A stretch of 64,000 nt of DNA from an uncultured Chloroflexia bacterium (lineage in GTDB: Bacteria > Chloroflexota > Limnocylindria > Limnocylindrales > CSP1-4). The position numbers and the translations under genes were made by a program. Within the stretch, counting starts at the first letter, position 1. The number at the start of each line of letters is the position of its first letter. The stretch spans positions 2,080,001-2,144,000 of the forward strand of contig CAWHDR010000001.1 in the NCBI GenBank assembly GCA_963828165.1. The letters are read 5' to 3'. A model generated the notes under the pieces. That model worked only from the letters and a program-made list of their open reading frames with translations, searched no databases and was not told the DNA's origin. Below are positions 39,101-46,264 of the stretch, piece by piece.

Positions 39101-40933
39101 CCCCACACGTCGATACCGGTCGCCCCCGGAGGGGCGCCCGCCTGGGGCGTCGTCGCGGTCCACCCAAGCGGCTTCGACAGCCTTGAATTCGTGCCGCCTC
39201 CCAACACCTTTGGGACGATCAAGATCGACGTGTTCCAGGCAGACGCCCTTCAGGTGTCCGCAAAGCTCATGCGCATGGGTGCGTACCCGACCAACGTGAC
39301 GCCGCCCGATGGGCCGATCGCACCGGTGTGTGATACCACTACGCTCAATTTCCCGACCGATCCGGCACAAACCGTGCCCGGCCCCGCCGCCGACCCGATC
39401 GAGTGGGGCCACGCCGAGGTGGAGATCGCCATCAACCCGGCGTGCCCCTATGCGGCATTGGTCCTTGCCCACACCCTCGGAGAGGGCGACGTCAAGCCGA
39501 TCTGGTACACCGCCACGTTCGTCGAGGACGCCCGCCGCATCGACGACTTCAACCGGCAATACACGGCGACGGCGACGTCCGACAGCTACGGCGTCTCGTC
39601 CTCCGGTGAGCCGTGGATCGGCGCAGGCATCGAGGCCCTTGGGTCGCGCGGAGCTGACGGTTCATACGGGTATGTAGATGGCAGTTCGCCGACGCCCCAC
39701 ATCGAGCTCCCGGCGTCCCTACGCGGCCAAGAGTTCACGGCCACGGTTCGCTTCCGATTCAACGGTCCGCCGGCGACCACGACCTCACAGGAGTCCAGCT
39801 GGCTGTACGTCGGTGTCAGCGACATCGTCAAGCACGGCTACTTCTACGGTGAGCAATCGCCGTTCGTGGAGATCGACTTCAACAACGGCCTTTCCGAAGG
39901 CAACGGCCAAATGGGCTTGTGGGGTGGCGACGCGAACGAGGACCCCGATTGGCAAGGCGACTGGGTGTTCATCCCGACCGAGCAGGACGTCGTGGACTTC
40001 ACCTCCAGCACGTGGTACACGCTGAAGTACCACTTCGTGCCAGGCGTCAAACACGAAAGCAAGATGTGGCAGTTGGGGGACCCGGAGCCCGACTATCAGA
40101 TCTCGGACTCGATGGACTATCGATGGGCGGAGGCACCCGGCGTCCCTGGCGCAGGTCCGATCCAGGGCAAGTACCTGTGGCTCGACGTACGCGGCTTCAA
40201 CGGCCTCGCGGAAGTGGACTACCTCGATGTGGTCGGCGGCGGGGGGAACCTCGACGATTTCGAGCGAACAGTGGCGTCCGGTTGGGGCACGGCATCGAGC
40301 GCCCTGTCGTGGTCGGCCACGGGTGACACGGACACGCTCCTTGTCGACGGTTCGAACGGTGTCGTCGCTGCGCCAGCTCAGACCCTGACGATCGTCCGGC
40401 CATCCATCGATGCGCCGGTCGACAGCACGACTCCGTGGGGTGCGACTGACGCATTCACCATGACCTCACGCTTCAAGGTGGACCATGTCTACTCGAGCTC
40501 GGCGTACACGACACTGGTCTACAAGTTCGAGCGGGAGTCTCCGAGCGACGACTCTCGTTTGTTCGCGTTCGAAATCACGAATCACACGAGCCCGGGGAAC
40601 ATCTACGCGACCGCTACCAACCAAGGCGGCCAATCGAACGAGTTCTACCTACCCAAGGCCGATTGGATCGCTGACTGGTACATGATCAAGTGGGAATTGG
40701 AACCGGGCGTGTCTTCGAAGTTCAAGATCTGGCCCGAGAGTGAGCCCGAACCGGCTGCCTGGACAGGGGAGCTCGTCGACACCGGCGGGTTGAGCCTGCG
40801 CAACACGCACCACACGAGGTTCACGATCGAGGTGTGGAACAGCGCTGCCGGTCTCAACAACGCGGCGACACTCGCGAATAACGTCCGGATCGACTACATC
40901 CATTTCGAGGAGGCGGCGTCAGCTGGTCCGTGA
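33188..40933 (+). CDS. giant secreted multidomain protein (DNRLRE-like, Ig/FN3 repeats, HEXXH metallopeptidase-like domain), 2581 aa
   Basis: GGAGG RBS, signal peptide, RTERSQTFDNGDGT and FPVHVDP N-terminal module, SSWTESGVTWNAKP...RPRLSVTY, Ig repeats, RHELFH...WFEGSAEW. Confidence 0.9.
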   Translation: MVGRLRPRALALLMVALVSWQGGSAPAAFAADPSPEHPPSESAGPSPVLPTPPPDAEPSAQPTTAFPPLPAGADRPPAGRELVERRTERSQTFDNGDGTLTTLFFTTPVFFKVQDKGSWRPIELGFLPSSDPGLAAISDRAPTSVAVANEAGADSFLTLRAKGRTIRFGLPADLRKVAAKTKPTFDGPAADFADFQPGVDLRILAGAHGAKSFFIWRERPAKTTIRYVVDAPGLTLRKQADGSIAMVDPAGTEVARIPRPFAVDSTKDAFAGSGRFTEKVSLAIAKDGRTVTISVDPDWLAAAEFPVHVDPSTGWVYNAGTNAYGDAHVASNYPTLNFDDYQRPDSPFYHELWNGTDPSGTSGTSYDFLRWDLSAINNSTIDSASLALVPYHQYYNAPTQETTYARRVTSSWTESGVTWNAKPTYTTTGTATQGCVEGNWCTWAVTSIVQVWATTPSTNFGFQIDTIGKNSTFWKRFIASEQGGTNRPRLSVTYHTPTASPATPTGWRNSRALAWTYADTSGHAGSHYEFDVDTDANFAAPLTHDGAAVAGAGTTASIPTSVTLTSGTTYHWRVRVKDGTSWSPWATRTFQWDATAPTGTISLNGGAAYATSSTVTATLSMSDAHSGPSQMRFSTNGGTSWSAFEPYATSKAWALPAGDGPKTLSVQFQDAATNTSATYSDALTVDTVNPLGTISINGGAVSTNTTSVTLNVTASDATSGVAATHSSNDGTTWTLVTGTTVPWTLTTGDGTKTVYHRVTDGAGRTTTVTDTILLASDSTPPGAPSQPDLVAASDTGASSTDNITNDATPTFTGTAEADSTVTIHDGPTAVGSGLASGGVYTVTTSSLPNGVRSITATATDASNNTGPSSTALSVTIDTTSPAVPSTPDLDAASDSGSSTTDNVTTDTTPTLSGTAEAGTTVSLLDGATPSGSGTATAGAWTITASVLSDGSHALTVRATDTAGNQSGVSSALSVTVDTIAPTAPTGLDLAAASDSGSSSTDNITTDTTPTLTGVAEAGTTVSLLDGAAPVGSATATGGAWTITSSALSSAAHTFTTRATDTAGNLGPASTTLVVTIDAVAPSADYTTPNEATTIAISASSYGVGWSENGTGSTVATRSLQRRSGTVVTPGTCAGVSFATDGSPVSTTSPVTSSGLTTERCYQWVQTLTDTAGNSAPISSGFVIVGAAGPSSEFTTPNESTTSRQYTTGYTVDWIESGPVATSRSLQRQRAAIATAGSCAGLTFADDGAPITTAAPVVVTGLAGGYCYQWTQTLTAGTSSTATSGTVLIDVTPPTVTVGTPAVDVIQAATNLTVSWTEADVHAGVVNRTVQREVGLPIEPGTCTGVIWASDGPTSVNASPLGATGLVSGRCYRWVITVNDRAGNGYAQPTGLVLVDTSAPDVSWTAPAGPPPVAHGATAIDVDWIATDAAAGLTSTSIQREAAAPSGGGCPANGWTNDGSAATTVPPLHVEGLQPSTCYRWVLTASDAANNIRVSTSPTVLTSAALIESSAPGDTVFEIEPVDASLDGSISVASVELLVDGATVGSDAATPFTIPWTTTGLTDGHHTLALRAQLVGGGSVTSAPVSVQVDNALSAAERVLADDTKGRLTPDEFALYGVYAVGSVWSLPPRYQSDTASKGFVDDAQFTANLEDLEPATQNEINAFLAQPYRGEGYQPPPNAPFEERDHQWVDCFDTLILVRCEREYDHFTLYYGQPSDTDSTRVGTADTLDDSLLANSGPDGVPDYINKLGIELERARIQYAAMGYQQVGDRISVYLNAGVLCPETRECAHADGNIYVPPTTNRPYYTARHELFHRFQANYLDKLVVDYWFWFEGSAEWATKILNTAERPGPEYAGSLVPYLKSRNEPLTKNEDGRKYGTWLFATYLQQRFGSDFIHKTWDTDGEFWDVVSQAAAAEPNAATLEEILLDYAESAYLFDFANEPDFADWREDRLNHDDPVEPEVHGDAVNPNGRPHTSIPVAPGGAPAWGVVAVHPSGFDSLEFVPPPNTFGTIKIDVFQADALQVSAKLMRMGAYPTNVTPPDGPIAPVCDTTTLNFPTDPAQTVPGPAADPIEWGHAEVEIAINPACPYAALVLAHTLGEGDVKPIWYTATFVEDARRIDDFNRQYTATATSDSYGVSSSGEPWIGAGIEALGSRGADGSYGYVDGSSPTPHIELPASLRGQEFTATVRFRFNGPPATTTSQESSWLYVGVSDIVKHGYFYGEQSPFVEIDFNNGLSEGNGQMGLWGGDANEDPDWQGDWVFIPTEQDVVDFTSSTWYTLKYHFVPGVKHESKMWQLGDPEPDYQISDSMDYRWAEAPGVPGAGPIQGKYLWLDVRGFNGLAEVDYLDVVGGGGNLDDFERTVASGWGTASSALSWSATGDTDTLLVDGSNGVVAAPAQTLTIVRPSIDAPVDSTTPWGATDAFTMTSRFKVDHVYSSSAYTTLVYKFERESPSDDSRLFAFEITNHTSPGNIYATATNQGGQSNEFYLPKADWIADWYMIKWELEPGVSSKFKIWPESEPEPAAWTGELVDTGGLSLRNTHHTRFTIEVWNSAAGLNNAATLANNVRIDYIHFEEAASAGP
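35516..36415 (+). repeat. three tandem 300-bp (100-aa) bacterial Ig-like repeats
   Basis: DLxAASDxGxSxTDNxTxDxTPT units; repeats begin at 35516, 35816 and 36116. Confidence 0.9.
36416..37690 (+). repeat. four Cys-pair FN3-like repeats
   Basis: xQR...C.G..(F/W)..DG...GL....CY(Q/R)W pattern four times. Confidence 0.8.
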
Positions 40934-40974
40934 CCTTGGTTGCGGACGACACCGGTGGCACCCATCCTTGATCC

Positions 40975-41394
40975 ATGCCGTTGGGGATCCATGGGTGGAC
41001 CGCCGCCGCCAAGCACGCCACGGTGGCGACCGGGCTTGCAATTGGCGTGGTCGCCAGTACGAGTGCGTGCCTGGACACCGGCGGTTTTACCGTTCTGGGA
41101 CGTAATGAGTCCGATCAGGACGTGATCGTCAGCATCACGGGAGATGATCCCGGATCGCTCCGGCTGCCAGCACGGACCTGGGGTCGGCTGTTCGTCTCGT
41201 TTCAGCCTCCCGCCGGCGATCTGAAGGTGTTCGACGGATCCTGCCGCCCGCTCACCTCGGTACCGTTCACGCAGCCTGATGTCACGGTTCGAATCGCGCC
41301 CGACCGTGTCGTGGAGTTGATCGGAAATCAGTGGCAGGCGCCCGAGGGCGTCCGACGCGAAGAAGGGGAGTTCCCTGCGGCGCGATGCCCGTAG
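40975..41394 (+). CDS. small putative lipoprotein downstream of the giant protein
   Basis: Hydrophobic stretch ending TSAC, two further Cys; start uncertain. Confidence 0.55.
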   Translation: MPLGIHGWTAAAKHATVATGLAIGVVASTSACLDTGGFTVLGRNESDQDVIVSITGDDPGSLRLPARTWGRLFVSFQPPAGDLKVFDGSCRPLTSVPFTQPDVTVRIAPDRVVELIGNQWQAPEGVRREEGEFPAARCP

Positions 41395-41429
41395 GAGCGT
41401 TTCGCCGACTTCGCGTTCGTGTTGGGAAT

Positions 41430-41460
41430 CGATGAGTTTCGGCGCGGTACGCCGTTACAC
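41430..41460 (+). promoter_or_regulatory. putative SigG-type autoregulatory ECF promoter
   Basis: CGATGA-N18-GTTACA upstream of the VOC-sigma operon. Confidence 0.6.
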
Positions 41461-41505
41461 CTCCAGATCGGCCGATCCGGACGGTCACCAGTGGAGGCTC
41501 GAACC

Positions 41506-41957
41506 ATGGACTACACGCTCGAACTCATCGTGGTCCCTGTCAGCGACGTCGATCGCGCAAAGGACTTCTACATCAACAAGGCCGGCTTTGAGCTGCTCGT
41601 CGACACGAGTGCCGGCCCGGACTTCCGCGTCGTCCAGCTCGTTCCGCCGGGGTCCGCGTGCGCGATCGCGATCGGGACAGGGATCGGCTCGATGCCGGCG
41701 GGCTCGCTCCATGGGCTGCACCTCTGCGTCAGCGACATCGAGGCGGCGCGCGAGGAGCTGTCCGGCCGTGGCGTGGAGCTGTCCGACACCTTCCACTACG
41801 GCGAGGCCGGCCAGACGCCCGGCATCGACCCCGAGCGGCGGAGCTACGCGACGTTCATGCCGTTCCAGGATCCCGACGGCAACACCTGGCTCGTCCAGGA
41901 AGTCAAGCGGGACTGGAAGGTCACGACGTCAAGATCGACGAGGAGGCCGCCGCGTGA
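41506..41957 (+). CDS. VOC/glyoxalase protein with apparent 1-nt frameshift near 41920
   Basis: VPVSDVDRAKDFY, VVQLVPPGSAC, FQDPDGNTWLVQE; natural-looking end (GHDVKIDEEAAA*) lies in another frame with GTGA overlap onto the sigma gene. Confidence 0.85.
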
Positions 41958-42922
41958 CCGATCAGGCCGGGGCCGCATTCGCCGGTGGGGAGTCCGCATT
42001 CGCGGCCCTCACCGAGCGATACCGGCGCGAGCTTCACGTCCACTGCTACCGGATGCTCGCATCGTTCGACGAGGCGGAGGACGCGGTCCAGGAGACGTTC
42101 CTGCGGGCATGGCGGGCCCGCGAGACCTTCGACGGCAGCGGGCTGGTGCGGGCGTGGCTATATAAGATCGCCACGAACGTCTGCCTGGATGCCATTCGGC
42201 GGGCGGGCCGGCGGCTGAGCGCCATGGAGACGATCCGCGAGGTGCCGTGGATCACGCCGTATCCCGACCGCCTGCTCGACGAGATGGCCCCGACCGAGGA
42301 TGAGCCCGACGCCGTCGTCGTCACGCGTGAGACGATCGAGCTCGCGTTCCTGGCGGCGCTGCAGGTCTTGCCGCCGCGGCAGCGGGCGACGCTGATCGCC
42401 CGCGACGTGCTGGGGTGGCCGGCGAGCGAGACGGCCTTCGCATTGGACACGACGGTCGCGTCCGTGAACAGCGCGCTGCAGAGGGCGCGGGCGACCCTGC
42501 AGGCCCACATGCCCGCGAGGCGGACGGACTGGTCCGCGGGCGAACCGAGCGAAGCGGAACGGAAGCTGCTCGCCAGCTTCATCGAAGCGCACGAGCGAGG
42601 CGATGCCGCCCTCGCCGTCTCGATCGCGTCGAAGGACCTGCGCATCACGATGCCACCGGCACCGATGCTGTTCGAGGGGATCGGCGTCATCCGACCGCTG
42701 CTGGAGAACGCCTTCGCCGACGGCAGCTCGTGGCGGCTCGTTCCGACGGTGGCCAACCGGATGCCAACGGCCGCGAGCTACGTCAAAGCGCCCGGCGACG
42801 ATACGTACCGCGCGTTCAAGCTCGACGTCCTGCGCGTGGTCGACGGCCGCATCGCGGAGATCACGACATTCGGCTGGTCGCTGTTCCCGCACTTCGGGTT
42901 GCCGGAGACCGTCGAAGCGTAG
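41954..42922 (+). CDS. ECF sigma factor, SigG-like with C-terminal SnoaL domain
   Basis: HCYRMLASFDEAEDAVQETFLRAW, WLYKIATN, LPPRQRA, VNSALQRAR, ITMPP. Confidence 0.92.
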   Translation: MTDQAGAAFAGGESAFAALTERYRRELHVHCYRMLASFDEAEDAVQETFLRAWRARETFDGSGLVRAWLYKIATNVCLDAIRRAGRRLSAMETIREVPWITPYPDRLLDEMAPTEDEPDAVVVTRETIELAFLAALQVLPPRQRATLIARDVLGWPASETAFALDTTVASVNSALQRARATLQAHMPARRTDWSAGEPSEAERKLLASFIEAHERGDAALAVSIASKDLRITMPPAPMLFEGIGVIRPLLENAFADGSSWRLVPTVANRMPTAASYVKAPGDDTYRAFKLDVLRVVDGRIAEITTFGWSLFPHFGLPETVEA

Positions 42923-42942
42923 CGGGCCCCCCTACGCTTCGA
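42912..42942. repeat. 11-bp perfect inverted repeat formed by the 3' ends of two convergent genes (possible bidirectional terminator)
   Basis: TCGAAGCGTAG-N9-CTACGCTTCGA. Confidence 0.7.
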
Positions 42943-43168
42943 TGAGCTGGACCCCGGCAATATCTCCTGCCGCGATCGAGGCGGCCTGCCCGAATGGGCC
43001 GGCAGGTATGTATACATAATTGGGGACGCCACCCTGCGCATAGAAACGATCCGCCGGCCCGGTCATTGCCGCAAAGACTTGGGCGTGGAGCGCTTCTGCT
43101 GCCGCGTCGTCGAGAGGCCCGGACTCATAGAACGAGCCGTCACGCTTCGAGACTCTAAGGATCTTCAT
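42932..43168 (-). CDS. small hypothetical protein (78 aa)
   Basis: AAGGAG RBS; last gene of the minus-strand run. Confidence 0.65.
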   Translation of the reverse strand: MKILRVSKRDGSFYESGPLDDAAAEALHAQVFAAMTGPADRFYAQGGVPNYVYIPAGPFGQAASIAAGDIAGVQLIEA

Positions 43169-43219
43169 CTGGTCTCCTTGCTTAGCAGCCGTCCACCATG
43201 CCGCCGAAGCGGGAATGGC

Positions 43220-43453
43220 CTACGGACACTTCTCCTTGTGGAGCGCGTCACCACCGCAAATCACACCCGTGACGATGAGCTCTCCCACGATGCCAAAACG
43301 CTGTGCCATATACGGTTGAATTTGTTTCAGCACACTCTTGGTGCTCGGCCAGTACCTGCAGAACGCCGTCCAACTCTCAGGCTCACCCGTCGATACGTTC
43401 ACACCGGCCCGAAGCTCTCGGGCAACTTCACTTACTGTTGGGCTTGCTGCCAT
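43220..43453 (-). CDS. small helical Cys-containing hypothetical protein (77 aa)
   Basis: GGGAGG RBS before ATG 43453; FCRYWP...GDALHKEKCP. Confidence 0.6.
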   Translation of the reverse strand: MAASPTVSEVARELRAGVNVSTGEPESWTAFCRYWPSTKSVLKQIQPYMAQRFGIVGELIVTGVICGGDALHKEKCP

Positions 43454-43519
43454 CTCTGACCTCCCAGTCCGCTGTGGAGCTCCTTCCGAGAATTGCAATC
43501 ACTCGTGGCGCGAACTCCG

Positions 43520-44077
43520 CTACTCAGTCGGACCGTTCGTGGCGGCGGAAAGTTCGACCGCCACAGGGTCCACGCTGATCACGGGCCGGACGCCGTCATC
43601 GCGTTGCCGAGGCACACGAATCCACCGGACGGTCCCGTCGCCGCCGTGGTAGGACTTCTGTGCAGCGAGTTCCGAATTGAAGTCGATCCGGATGGGACCC
43701 CCTTCTCCGCCGTGGCTCGCCAACCACGGGTTTCCACCGGTCGACAACACGAGACAGACGTGATTGCCTGTTCCGCGCCCGAACACCACCAGGTCACCGA
43801 CTCGCACACTGCGGCGAGCGATCTGCGTGCCGTGTGAGAGGATTGTGCCCGTGTAGCCTTGGCCGTTGTATCCGAGGCCGTTCGGATCCGGAGCCCCCGC
43901 CCAGTTGTAGCAAATGGTCACGAACGCAGAACAGTCGATCGTGAGGGGGAGCTTCCGTCGTTTCGCTCGCCCAATTCCTTGCATCGGGCGTGACTGCCGG
44001 TAGTGGATCTGCCCCTTCCTGGCGATCATCCACTCAGCTTCATCGTTAGTCGCCTGGATGGCTGCGTCATCTCCCAC
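43520..44077 (-). CDS. NlpC/P60 family cysteine peptidoglycan hydrolase
   Basis: IDCSAFV (catalytic Cys), GDLVVFG, HVCL, SHG; AAGGAG RBS, GTG start; no signal peptide. Confidence 0.88.
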   Translation of the reverse strand: MGDDAAIQATNDEAEWMIARKGQIHYRQSRPMQGIGRAKRRKLPLTIDCSAFVTICYNWAGAPDPNGLGYNGQGYTGTILSHGTQIARRSVRVGDLVVFGRGTGNHVCLVLSTGGNPWLASHGGEGGPIRIDFNSELAAQKSYHGGDGTVRWIRVPRQRDDGVRPVISVDPVAVELSAATNGPTE

Positions 44078-44093
44078 TTAGCTCTCCTTTAAA

Positions 44094-45407
44094 TCAACCC
44101 ACTCCGGCGGTGAAGTCGATCTCCATGGCCCATGAAGGGTGGTCGATCATCGGATTACAATTCCCCTGGAGCCGCCAGGTGGCCTCATTTCGATGGTGTT
44201 CGTACGCATCCGGTGGCCCTGCGGTGTGCCAGGCAAGGAGCGTCTCGAGCCGGAATACTCCGGTGGCGAGCGCTGGGTAGCGAAGAAGGAAGTACAACGC
44301 CGCACGACTGACCGCACCTTTCGACCGATGGGGTTCGAATCCCTCGGCTTCCCGCTTGCCGCACTTGTCCCTGATCACCTCTCGATAGTCATGGAAGTCG
44401 GTGTAGGCGTAATTGCCCCGGAAGCTGTTGCATTTCGCCTCACATGTGAAGAGATGGTGGAGGTCACCCCGCATCGGTTCCTCGTAGTCGAACCATGACT
44501 GTGGAACTACGTGCTCGCAGTTGTACGGGTAGCGAGCATCAAGCTCGGACTCCGCGATCGACTCTTGGACTAGCTCTCTCCGTCTGGCTCGGACTGCCAG
44601 ACCCTCGGCGATCAGCGCCCGAGGGTCGTAACGGTCGCCGGTGTAGATACTCTCGATGTGACCTTCCGCGCGAAGGTCGACACATGGATACAGGAACAGC
44701 GGGGGGTCGTACGGTCGAGGTGTCGTGTGCGTCTCCGCGAGGACCTTCGAGATGCGCCAGAATCTGTCGGTTGGATTTTCCGCACCGACGACAGCATCCC
44801 AATACCCGGCGATGGGGCCGCCGGCGGCATACTGACCCAATTCGCAAGAGGCGAGTTCCTCGAACGCCAGTGCTTCGACTTCCGTGGACTCTTCGACGCC
44901 CGCGTTCAACGTCGTTGGCGTTCGGCTCCTGGCGGTGCCGTACCGCCCGTCCCTGAACAGGATTCCTTCCGCCCTGCGCCGCCGGACCAGCCCCGCCATC
45001 CCGCCATTCGTCCAGCGAGCGAGCTCGCTCGGAACCGACTTTCGATCCCCTGCATTCAGCTTCTTCCGGAGGGTCGAGCCCTCAAAAGCTCCCAGACCGA
45101 CGTTGAACGCGAAGCTTACGAGCGCGTCGAATTCATGCTGGGCCATGCGAACGTTGATGAGACGTTCGAGGCCAACTGCGAACCTCTTGGCGTCCTGACG
45201 CAGAAGCGCCAGACCTTGTGTACGAGTGATCCCGCGTTTAAATTGTGCCGGCTCTGAGCCATTACAAATTCCGTGGTGGACGAGGTGTCCAAAGCCGATC
45301 GTGCAATGACCCGCCGGATCGTTGTAGAGGCGTCCCTCAAAGCCCTCCCAGCCTCCGATGAAGCGTACGCCGCGATCGCTGATGGCCCTGGCAATCTGCT
45401 CATTCAT
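44094..45407 (-). CDS. GH24 phage-type lysozyme fused to an endonuclease I (His-Me finger) domain
   Basis: WEGFEGRLYNDPAGHCTIGFGH (E-x8-D-x5-T), FDALVSFAFNVG, GLVRRRRAE; then NCEHVVPQSW, DLHHLF...CNSFRGN, QGNCNPMIDHP. Confidence 0.9.
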   Translation of the reverse strand: MNEQIARAISDRGVRFIGGWEGFEGRLYNDPAGHCTIGFGHLVHHGICNGSEPAQFKRGITRTQGLALLRQDAKRFAVGLERLINVRMAQHEFDALVSFAFNVGLGAFEGSTLRKKLNAGDRKSVPSELARWTNGGMAGLVRRRRAEGILFRDGRYGTARSRTPTTLNAGVEESTEVEALAFEELASCELGQYAAGGPIAGYWDAVVGAENPTDRFWRISKVLAETHTTPRPYDPPLFLYPCVDLRAEGHIESIYTGDRYDPRALIAEGLAVRARRRELVQESIAESELDARYPYNCEHVVPQSWFDYEEPMRGDLHHLFTCEAKCNSFRGNYAYTDFHDYREVIRDKCGKREAEGFEPHRSKGAVSRAALYFLLRYPALATGVFRLETLLAWHTAGPPDAYEHHRNEATWRLQGNCNPMIDHPSWAMEIDFTAGVG

Positions 45408-45432
45408 ACGATGGACCCCCTCCCATGCGTCC

Positions 45433-46236
45433 CTACCAGGCGATGTGGAGGTGCGTGTCGTGGCCTCCGTCGCCAGGGCCGAGGACCTCGGTCGCACCGA
45501 GCTGCCGACATCGGTTCATAAACGCGCGGAATCCTGGGTGCGAGCGATTGATCGGCCGCCCATTGAGCACGTCGCAGTCGAACGCGACGCCCCGGTAGTG
45601 CCGGCTATTCACCGAATGCGATCCACCCGCGATCTCGGTCAGTCTGAATTTGTTCCTCTGCGCCAGCGTCTTCAACGCACGCAGCATCGCGACGCTCAGC
45701 CACACGGATCCACCTGGAGCGTTGCCATATGAACTGCGCTTTGCAGGGCGCCCAGCAGCGGTGTCCGTCATGTTGTGAAGGGCCGTCGCCTGGTCCTTGA
45801 CACCCGAGATGTGGAAGTTGAGCAGTGCGACCTTGCGCCCGACCAGAATCTCTTTCGCGATCTGTGCTCGCTCGGAAGCACGGTCCTCCGGAGCGTCACT
45901 GTCATCGGGCGGGGCAGCCGGCGCCTCTCCTGAGTCCGGTTCCTCGTCAACGCTTCCTGCCACGAGGTCTTCGAAACGCTCCAGCTCCCGTCGAAGCCTC
46001 GACTCGTATCCGATCTTCAATGACTTCCCCGTGGCGGTCACGGTAGATGCGGCGCGCGCTGCATCCACAAGGACTGTCAGCTGATAGGAGTCCCACCACT
46101 CATTCCCAGCACGAAATCCACCGTCATGCTCGTCGTAGATCCCACCGATCCGCATGTCCTCTGCGGCCAGATAGCACCATGAGAGTGTCTCAGCCCGGGT
46201 TAGCGGTACCTCGAATTGGGTTTCCAGTTCAACCAC
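45433..46236 (-). CDS. protein with unknown N-terminal domain and C-terminal M15/Hedgehog-like Zn peptidase domain
   Basis: SRHYRGVAFD (SxHxxGxAxD) and HDTHLHI; acidic linker; GGGAGG RBS, GTG start. Confidence 0.8.
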   Translation of the reverse strand: MVELETQFEVPLTRAETLSWCYLAAEDMRIGGIYDEHDGGFRAGNEWWDSYQLTVLVDAARAASTVTATGKSLKIGYESRLRRELERFEDLVAGSVDEEPDSGEAPAAPPDDSDAPEDRASERAQIAKEILVGRKVALLNFHISGVKDQATALHNMTDTAAGRPAKRSSYGNAPGGSVWLSVAMLRALKTLAQRNKFRLTEIAGGSHSVNSRHYRGVAFDCDVLNGRPINRSHPGFRAFMNRCRQLGATEVLGPGDGGHDTHLHIAW

Positions 46237-46264
46237 CGTCGATCCCTCCCTGTGCTCCCGGTCC

